A stretch of DNA of 57,879 nucleotides, filler included, from Sphacelaria rigidula (taxonomy: Eukaryota), in the NCBI GenBank assembly GCA_964200075.2. It is 4 parts of 4 records of this genome, joined end to end, with 100 filler letters (N's around TTAATTAATTAA, not from the genome) between each part and the next. Parts side by side here need not be neighbours in the genome. Positions count along the whole stretch, not along the records: positions 43,488 to 57,879 come from CAXNAA020002275.1; 3 more parts are not named here. One strand, written 5' to 3'. The translations under genes and the position numbers were made by a program. Below, piece after piece: positions 51,205-57,879 of the stretch. A model generated the notes under the pieces. That model was given only the letters and a program-made list of their open reading frames with translations, did not search any database and was not told where the DNA came from. The number at the start of each line of letters is the position of its first letter. Positions within the stretch are counted from its first letter, which is position 1.

Positions 51205-52739
51205 GGCGTCATCTCTATCGCTGTAACGCCTTGCTGGACGTCGCAGAGCGCATCGCCAGACAGGACAAGCGTCTTCATCGCCTCGATATCGGGGCTGATC
51301 ATCCGCTCATCATCGAAGGGGGCTGCGTGATTGCGGATTGTTCGGATCGCATGCTGGAGGCTGGGGCTTGTCGCAAGCGGCGTGCGAAACTCAACGCCTT
51401 GTGCGCCGCATAGCGCTTCAATGCCGAGTATCCCCGCCAGATTTTCGTTCATTTCAAGCAATCGGCGCGCCGCATGGCAGGCCATGGACACATGGTCTTC
51501 CTGATTGGCGGAGGTCGGTGTGGAGTCGACGGAACGGGGATTCGACAGCGCCTTGTTTTCGCTCATCAGGGCGGCCGATGTGACCTCCGCGATCATCAAG
51601 CCCGATTTGAGGCCGGGATCGAGCGCAAGAAATGCAGGAAGCCCAAAGCTGAGGCTGGGATCCACAAGCATGGCAATTCGGCGCTGGGCGATGCTGCCGA
51701 TTTCCGCTATGGCGATGGCCGTCTGGTCTGCAGCAAGTGCCACGGGCTCTGCGTGGAAATTGCCGCCGGAAACGATGTCGCCATCAGACAGGACGAGCGG
51801 ATTGTCCGTCGCGGCATTCGCCTCGATTTTCAGGGTAGCCGCGACCTGGCGGAGCTGGTCCAGGCAGGCGCCAATGACTTGGGGGGCACATCTCAGGCAA
51901 TAAGGATCCTGAACGCGCTCATCGCCGGTCAGATGACTTTCGCGAATTTCTGAGCCGGCAAGAAGTTCGCGCAGCCGCCGCGCACTGTCGATCTGGCCGC
52001 GATGGCCGCGCAATTGATGGATCTCATCATGGAAGGGGGCGCTTGAACCCATGGCGGCATCGATTGAAAGCGCGGCAGTTGTCAGAGAACAGAGGGCCAG
52101 TCGCCAGGCACCGAACAGGCCAGCGAGCGCGAGCGCGGTAGACGCCTGGGTGCCGTTGAGAAGCGCAAGACCTTCCTTGGCCTGAAGCTCGAAGGACGCC
52201 ATGCCGGCCATTTGCAATGCCCGACCGGCTGGTATCCTTTCACCCTGATAAAAGACGTCGCCTTCCCCGATCAGGGCAGCGGCCATATGGGCGAGCGGCG
52301 CCAGATCACCCGATGCCCCGACAGACCCTTGTGCGGGAATAACCGGTATGATGCCCGCGCTGTAGACTTGCTGGATCCGGTCGACAAGTTCGACGCGAAC
52401 GCCGGAGGCGCCTCGGGCAAGCGAAATACATTTCAGCGCCATCATCAGACGGACGATATTCGCCGGCAAAGGCTCGCCAATGCCGGCTGCGTGCGAGCGG
52501 ACGAGATTCTTCTGCAACAGGGCCAGGCTGTCCCCATTGATCCTGACGGAAGCCAGCTTGCCAAAGCCTGTATTCACGCCGTAAATTGTCTCGCCCTCCC
52601 CGATCCGCCGGGAGAGCGTCCCCACAGAGTCGGCAATCCGGGGATAGGCGCCGGGATGAATCTGGAAGTGGGTGGAGTGCCTGTAGAGGGACTCCAGATC
52701 ATCGAGTGACACCTTGCCGGGCTCAAATTGAACCATCAC
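51201..52739 (-). CDS. hutH: Histidine ammonia-lyase
   Basis: [25 protein letters not shown] (ASG/MIO), [30 protein letters not shown]. Confidence 0.97.
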   Translation of the reverse strand: MMVQFEPGKVSLDDLESLYRHSTHFQIHPGAYPRIADSVGTLSRRIGEGETIYGVNTGFGKLASVRINGDSLALLQKNLVRSHAAGIGEPLPANIVRLMMALKCISLARGASGVRVELVDRIQQVYSAGIIPVIPAQGSVGASGDLAPLAHMAAALIGEGDVFYQGERIPAGRALQMAGMASFELQAKEGLALLNGTQASTALALAGLFGAWRLALCSLTTAALSIDAAMGSSAPFHDEIHQLRGHRGQIDSARRLRELLAGSEIRESHLTGDERVQDPYCLRCAPQVIGACLDQLRQVAATLKIEANAATDNPLVLSDGDIVSGGNFHAEPVALAADQTAIAIAEIGSIAQRRIAMLVDPSLSFGLPAFLALDPGLKSGLMIAEVTSAALMSENKALSNPRSVDSTPTSANQEDHVSMACHAARRLLEMNENLAGILGIEALCGAQGVEFRTPLATSPSLQHAIRTIRNHAAPFDDERMISPDIEAMKTLVLSGDALCDVQQGVTAIEMTP

Positions 52740-53950
52740 ATATAATTCCTGTTCGAGAGACGCATATGGAGCGTGCTGCGGCCGATCCAGTAGGAAAGGT
52801 CGGCGGGGTGCGCGACGTCCCAGACGGCCAGTTCGGTCTTGGCCCCTTGCGTGATTTCACCATACATCCCTGCCAGTCCGAGCGCCTTTGCGGCGTTCCG
52901 GGTCGTGCCGGCCAGTGCTTCTTCAGGAGTCAGGGAGAATTGGATGCAGGCCATGTTCATCGCAGCAAGAAGCGAGGACAGGGGAGAGCTGCCTGGATTG
53001 CAGTCGGTCGCGATGGCTATGTCGACCCCATGTTTGCGAAGGGCGGCGATGGGCGGCAGCTTCGTTTCCCGGAGCGTATAGAAGGCGCCGGGCAGGAGGA
53101 CAGCCACGGTTCCGGCGCGGGCAAATTCCGGAACATCCGTCTCTGACAGGAATTCGAGATGATCCGCCGAAAGGGCCGAATACCGCGCCGCCAGCAAGGC
53201 GCCTTTCAGATCTGAAATCTGTTCGGCATGCAGCTTCACAGGCAGTCCGAGTGAAGCTGCAGCCTGAAAGACGCGCTCGATCTGAGCCGGGGAAAAGCCG
53301 ATTGTTTCACAAAACCCGTCTACCGCATCGACCAGGCCTTCCTCTGCGGCGCGGACCAGTCCCGGAATGGCAACCTCGTCGATATAATTATCAGGCCGGT
53401 CCTTGAAAGCTGGAGGGAGGGCATGCGCGGCCAGCCAGGTCGTGACGATTTTCACGGGCCGCAACGCTTCGAGCTTTCTGGCCACCCGGAGCATGCGAAT
53501 CTCGTCTTCTATGGTGAGCCCGTATCCCGACTTCACTTCCACGACGGCAACCCCGTCGCTGATCAGGTCATCAAGGCGTCGCAGGGATGCGGACACCAGT
53601 GCCTCAAAGCTGGCAGTGCGGGTCGATTCGACCGTGGAGTTTATGCCGCCGCCGCTTCTGGCAATCTCTTCATAGCTCACCCCCTGAAGACGCTGTTCGA
53701 ATTCCTTCGCGCGATTGCCGCCGAAGACCAGATGCGTGTGACAATCAATAAGCGCAGGCGTCACGAGTCGGCCCTGCAAGGATTGCTCTGCCATTTCGCT
53801 TCGTTTGCCTGGGACCGCGCCAGAGCGGCCGACCCATTCGATCAGGCCGTCGCGTTGGAGAATCGCGGCATCCTCGATCAGTCCGTAACTCGGCCGACCG
53901 GACTCCATAGTGGCAACAGTGCAATCGGTGAACAGGGTGGGTCGTGTCAT
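52736..53950 (-). CDS. hutI: Imidazolonepropionase
   Basis: [40 protein letters not shown]. Confidence 0.96.
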   Translation of the reverse strand: MTRPTLFTDCTVATMESGRPSYGLIEDAAILQRDGLIEWVGRSGAVPGKRSEMAEQSLQGRLVTPALIDCHTHLVFGGNRAKEFEQRLQGVSYEEIARSGGGINSTVESTRTASFEALVSASLRRLDDLISDGVAVVEVKSGYGLTIEDEIRMLRVARKLEALRPVKIVTTWLAAHALPPAFKDRPDNYIDEVAIPGLVRAAEEGLVDAVDGFCETIGFSPAQIERVFQAAASLGLPVKLHAEQISDLKGALLAARYSALSADHLEFLSETDVPEFARAGTVAVLLPGAFYTLRETKLPPIAALRKHGVDIAIATDCNPGSSPLSSLLAAMNMACIQFSLTPEEALAGTTRNAAKALGLAGMYGEITQGAKTELAVWDVAHPADLSYWIGRSTLHMRLSNRNYM

Positions 53951-53980
53951 CGCTCTTGTCTTATGGCAGCAACATATTTA

Positions 53981-53994
53981 TATGTACACACATA
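53981..53994. promoter_or_regulatory. Putative HutC operator in the divergent hutI/hutF promoter
   Basis: Quasi-palindrome TATGTACACACATA, resembling the TGTA-N2-TACA HutC box. Confidence 0.6.
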
Positions 53995-54004
53995 ATAAAA
54001 GGGC

Positions 54005-55387
54005 GTGCAAGACAAGATGACCATCGAAATTTCTGCCAGTCAGATGCTGTCCGCCAGAGGGTGGCTGCATGATGCCAAGGTCAGTATCGACGCCGAAGGA
54101 TATGTGGTCGACATTGCGCCAAATGATGGTCAGTGCGACCATTCCGTGGGCGTTCTTCTGCCAGCCATGGGCAACGTTCACAGTCACAGTTTCCAGAGGG
54201 CCATGGCCGGGCTGGCTGAGCGTCGCGGACCGACAGCAATCGATGATTTCTGGACCTGGCGTCAGGTCATGTACCGGTTTCTGGAGCTTCTTTCTCCTGA
54301 TGACATCGAAGTCATCGCGGCTCAAGTCCAGATGGAAATGATGGAGGCGGGTTATGCGGCGCAGGCAGAATTCCATTATCTTCATCATGCGCCCGGCGGC
54401 AAGATTTACGACCAACTCGACGAGACGTCCCTGAGGCATTTCAAGGCCGCCGAGCTCACCGGCATCGGCTATACTCATCTTCCGGTTCTTTATATGCAGG
54501 GCGGGCTTGATGGGCGCCCGCTGGAGGGGGGGCAAACACGGTTTGGCTGCGATCTCCAGCAATTTTCGGACCTTTATGAATCTCTCGCGGCGCGGCTCGG
54601 GGGCATGCCGGACGACTTCAAACTCGGTGTGGCGCCGCATTCGCTACGCGCCGTGTCATCAGAAGGCATGGAGTTGGCGCTCAGCCTCTCCCCGAACGGG
54701 CCAATCCATATACATGCCGCAGAACAAATCGGCGAGGTGAGGGAAGTGGTCGAAATTCTGGGCTCCCGACCCGTGCGCTGGCTTCTCGATCATATGCCCG
54801 TCGATGCGCGCTGGTGCCTGATCCATGCCACACAGATGGAGCCGGAGGAGACGCTGGCTCTGGCCAGGTCCGGGGCGGTGGCTGGGATTTGCCCGATTAC
54901 CGAGGCCAATCTCGGGGACGGAATCTTTGATGGGCATCGCTTTCTGGGCGCGGGTGGAATGATTGGGATCGGTTCGGATTCGAATGTCAGGATTGGTCTC
55001 ACCGAGGAGCTTCGGATGCTCGAGGTCTCGCAGAGGCTTCGGGATGGTAAGCGATCGATTCTCACAGATGACCAGACATTGTCGAATGGACGGTATCTGT
55101 ACGAACGCGCCGCGCGAGGATCGGCGCGCGCCCTCGGGCGGAATGCGGGGCGGATTGAAGTCGGCGCCTTGGCAGATTTTATCGCGCTCGACCTCAATTC
55201 ACCTGTCCTGGGTGCCTTGCGGGAGGACGCAATCCTTGACGCATGGATTTTTGCGGGCACGGATGACATTGTTACTCATGTCTGGTCGGCGGGGCGGCAT
55301 ATGGTCAGGGACGGGGCTCATGTGAACCGCCACGAGATACAGGCGGCATATTCCGAGCTGAATGTCCGATTGAGGGGGAGACTATGA
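54005..55387 (+). CDS. hutF: Formimidoylglutamate deiminase (alternative start 54017)
   Basis: NVHSHSFQRAMAGLAE, FWTWR, EFHYLHH, APHSLRAV, HIHAAEQ, CPITEANLGDG, GSDSN. Confidence 0.95.
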   Translation: MQDKMTIEISASQMLSARGWLHDAKVSIDAEGYVVDIAPNDGQCDHSVGVLLPAMGNVHSHSFQRAMAGLAERRGPTAIDDFWTWRQVMYRFLELLSPDDIEVIAAQVQMEMMEAGYAAQAEFHYLHHAPGGKIYDQLDETSLRHFKAAELTGIGYTHLPVLYMQGGLDGRPLEGGQTRFGCDLQQFSDLYESLAARLGGMPDDFKLGVAPHSLRAVSSEGMELALSLSPNGPIHIHAAEQIGEVREVVEILGSRPVRWLLDHMPVDARWCLIHATQMEPEETLALARSGAVAGICPITEANLGDGIFDGHRFLGAGGMIGIGSDSNVRIGLTEELRMLEVSQRLRDGKRSILTDDQTLSNGRYLYERAARGSARALGRNAGRIEVGALADFIALDLNSPVLGALREDAILDAWIFAGTDDIVTHVWSAGRHMVRDGAHVNRHEIQAAYSELNVRLRGRL

Positions 55388-56076
55388 CCAAGATGACGCA
55401 CCAAATCATTCGCCAATCCATTCTCGAGCGGATTCAGAAGGGGGAGTGGGGGCTCGGGGATCTGATCCCGGGCGAGGCGTCCCTCGCCGAAGAATACGGG
55501 TGTGCCCGCACAACGATCAATCGCGCGCTGCAGGGGCTCGCAGATGAAGGTCTTGTCGTTCGCAAGCGGAAAGGAGGAACGCGGGTCTGCAACATGCCTG
55601 TCCGACAAGCTAGGTTCGACATTCCAATCGTGCGTGAGCAGGTGGAAGCATTTGGAGGGCATTATCGCCATCAGGTCCTGCGCAAGGTCGAAAAAGTGCC
55701 ACCCTTGTCAGTTCGTACGCGGCTTGGCTTGGAAAAGGGAACCAAGGCGTTACAGCTGGACACGGTGCATCTGGCCGATGGCCGACCGTTTGCGTATGAA
55801 GCGCGCTGGGTCAATCTGAAAGTTGTGCCCCAGATGAGGAGCGCGCCTTTCGACGATGTCAGCGCAAATGAGTGGCTGGTTCAGACCGTTCCGTTTTCCA
55901 GTGGCGATGTGTCGTTCAGTGCCGTCGCGGCTGGCAAGGATGTCGCAAGCGCGCTGGAGTGCAAGGAGGGGGATGCGCTGTTTGTCATCGACCGTACCAC
56001 GTCGCTCGCGGGGGAATTTGTCACGACGATGAAGCTTTTCTATCGCGAAGGGTATCAGTTGTATTCGCGTCTTTAA
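55384..56076 (+). CDS. hutC: GntR/HutC family repressor with UTRA domain
   Basis: N-terminal GntR HTH (IPGEASLAEEYGCARTTINRAL..RKRKGGTRV); overlaps the hutF stop. Confidence 0.88.
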   Translation: MTKMTHQIIRQSILERIQKGEWGLGDLIPGEASLAEEYGCARTTINRALQGLADEGLVVRKRKGGTRVCNMPVRQARFDIPIVREQVEAFGGHYRHQVLRKVEKVPPLSVRTRLGLEKGTKALQLDTVHLADGRPFAYEARWVNLKVVPQMRSAPFDDVSANEWLVQTVPFSSGDVSFSAVAAGKDVASALECKEGDALFVIDRTTSLAGEFVTTMKLFYREGYQLYSRL

Positions 56077-56283
56077 CGCTGGTGGGTCCGGCATCGGGGA
56101 ACGGGGCATGCTCTGACCGGTTTTGTTGCAGGAAATGATCAGAATCCCGGCATCTGCACGCACGACGATCCTGCCTGGGCATAGCGAGGGCGGCGAGTCG
56201 GCATGTGACCATTGCGGGTTTGTCGAGACCTCTCTAGGCTGACGCCAAATCGAATGAACATTCCAGGCCAGAAGGACCCCTCA

Positions 56284-56706
56284 ATGTCGGTGCGTACCCG
56301 CAAAATTGCCTTAGGCCCTCTTGAGATCTCCATTCTGCAATATCTCTGGAAGCGCGGACCGGCCGAGGTCAAGACGGTTCACCATGATCTGGGGCGCAAG
56401 GGCGGGCAGTCCTGCAACACATTCCAGTCGGCGATGGACCGTCTCTTCAAAAAGGGATTGCTGTCGCGTCACAAGGTCAGCCATGCTTTCCTCTACGAGG
56501 CGTCCGTAAGCCAGTCTCAAGTCGTCACCCGTGTGATGGATGATGTTCTGAAGACGTTGTCCGAGAATTCCCGCGATGACTATCTGCTGGCATTTCTCGA
56601 CCATGCGGCAGAGTCCGACAGTGCTGCGCTTGATACGCTCGAACGCCTGATAAAGGAGAAACGACAGGAGCAGAACGCCGCAAGGCGAGGAGAAGATGAT
56701 GGGTAA
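56284..56706 (+). CDS. BlaI/MecI/CopY family transcriptional repressor
   Basis: LGPLEISILQYLW..NTFQSAMDRLFKKGLLSRHKVSHAFLYEA; AGAAGGA SD upstream. Confidence 0.88.
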   Translation: MSVRTRKIALGPLEISILQYLWKRGPAEVKTVHHDLGRKGGQSCNTFQSAMDRLFKKGLLSRHKVSHAFLYEASVSQSQVVTRVMDDVLKTLSENSRDDYLLAFLDHAAESDSAALDTLERLIKEKRQEQNAARRGEDDG

Positions 56707-57709
56707 TGCCGCCTTCTTGACCAATCTCGGAATCGCGTTTTTTGCGGCCTTGCTTGCCGCGCTCATCATCGGTGCCGTCCAAAGCGCCGTATGGCCCCGG
56801 TTTCACCGGCATCTTTCCCAGCTCAGTCCCCGACAATATGGGCGCGCGATCTTCGGCTATGCGTCGGTTCCCTTCGTGGTCAGCCTGGCCTTGTTTGTCT
56901 CTTGCGCGGCAGTGCCGACATCTGCCGGGTTCAACAGTATGCCCACGCATTGTCATTACGAAATGATGGTGACCTCTTGCCGCCCACATGAACCTATGTT
57001 GCTGACGCGGCTCGCTGTTCTCGGTTTTCTGGCCGTGCTGGCGCTTCTTACGATGCCCATTGTCCTCATTTTTGTGCACCGCATGCGCCTGCATGGCCGA
57101 GTCATTCGAGATCTGGAAACCTGGAGCCGGTATGATCCGGAACTGGGAGCCTGGGTTGTCAAATCCCGGACCATTTCCGCATTTTGCGTTGGCATAGTAC
57201 GGCGGCGGATTTTCGTAAGCGAAGGCTTGCTCGCAAGCATTGTTCCCGAGCAGGCCCGGATTGTCCTTGATCATGAACGCGCTCATGCGCGGCGCGCGGA
57301 TGCCCTATCGCTGTTTGCGCTTCAGGTCCTGACCTTACCATTCTTTCCCAGTGCAAGGCGCGGTCTGGCCGACGAATTTCTGATTGCGGTTGAATATGAA
57401 TGTGATCGATATGCCGCCAGCCAATGCGGTGATCGATTGGCGGTGGCAGAGGCCCTCATAACGCTGGGCCGGTTGCGGCAGCAAAAGCGCTCATGCGAGC
57501 CAGAAACGGCATCCTTGAGTGTTTTTTCCGTGCTTGGGCAATCCCTGGAGCGTCGGATCAGTTGGTTGGTTCAGTCCCCTTTACCGATGCGTGATAGTGG
57601 GGCTGTGCTTGTTGAGCGGCTTGTTTGCTATGCTGTCATCGTGTCCTTCATTGTTGCAGAACCGGTTCATCATGGTCTCGAACAGGTCTTGATGCTCGCG
57701 TTTAACTGA
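56696..57709 (+). CDS. M56 family (BlaR1-like) membrane metallopeptidase without a penicillin-binding sensor domain
   Basis: TM helices, AFCVG..IFVSEGL, HERAH (HExxH), EYECD, SLERRI. Confidence 0.88.
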   Translation: MMGNAAFLTNLGIAFFAALLAALIIGAVQSAVWPRFHRHLSQLSPRQYGRAIFGYASVPFVVSLALFVSCAAVPTSAGFNSMPTHCHYEMMVTSCRPHEPMLLTRLAVLGFLAVLALLTMPIVLIFVHRMRLHGRVIRDLETWSRYDPELGAWVVKSRTISAFCVGIVRRRIFVSEGLLASIVPEQARIVLDHERAHARRADALSLFALQVLTLPFFPSARRGLADEFLIAVEYECDRYAASQCGDRLAVAEALITLGRLRQQKRSCEPETASLSVFSVLGQSLERRISWLVQSPLPMRDSGAVLVERLVCYAVIVSFIVAEPVHHGLEQVLMLAFN

Positions 57710-57879
57710 TAAATTCAAGGCGCAGCCGAGTTTTTGAGGCAGAATTTCAGGATTCCATTATCGGCCTCTTGAAATAAGGCGGCAAGGCCCGGCCGCATGC
57801 TTTCAGCGTAAGTCTTCATAAGTTGGCAGACAGCGCCCAAAATTTGTTATGTGCACGCATAATGGTAATTGCTCGGTCA

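Overview
The window is not one locus. It is four unrelated contigs (1-14396, 14497-28892, 28993-43387, 43488-57879; 14396/14396/14395/14392 bp, i.e. size-sorted) joined by artificial 100-bp N44-TTAATTAATTAA-N44 spacers. Contigs 1-3 are repeat-rich, intron-rich eukaryotic DNA; the TE and SINE styles suggest a brown alga or other stramenopile (inference). They carry a full-length but internally decayed Ty1/copia element with near-identical LTRs and a half-tRNA-iMet primer site, a deleted chromodomain-bearing Ty3/gypsy element, a copia/gypsy chimeric ORF, LINE and SINE remnants, several MITE families and long diverged palindromes. Host gene exons include an EGF-like protein, a large disordered protein, and a head-to-head pair of a CinA-like/nucleotidyltransferase-family gene and an MTA/SAH nucleosidase gene. 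Contig 4 is gene-dense bacterial DNA, probably alphaproteobacterial and most likely a co-sequenced associated bacterium. It holds a czcA/cusA-type RND pump, an NreB-like MFS transporter, a PepSY-TM gene translationally coupled to a PepSY-TM::NqrF-like (2Fe-2S/FAD/NAD) fusion, a complete hutUGHI/hutFC cassette, and a BlaI/CopY repressor plus M56 peptidase pair. The best candidate for an undescribed system is the PepSY/PepSY-NqrF membrane redox module sitting with hut genes in a metal-resistance neighbourhood. All calls were made by eye from motifs; no database searches were run.
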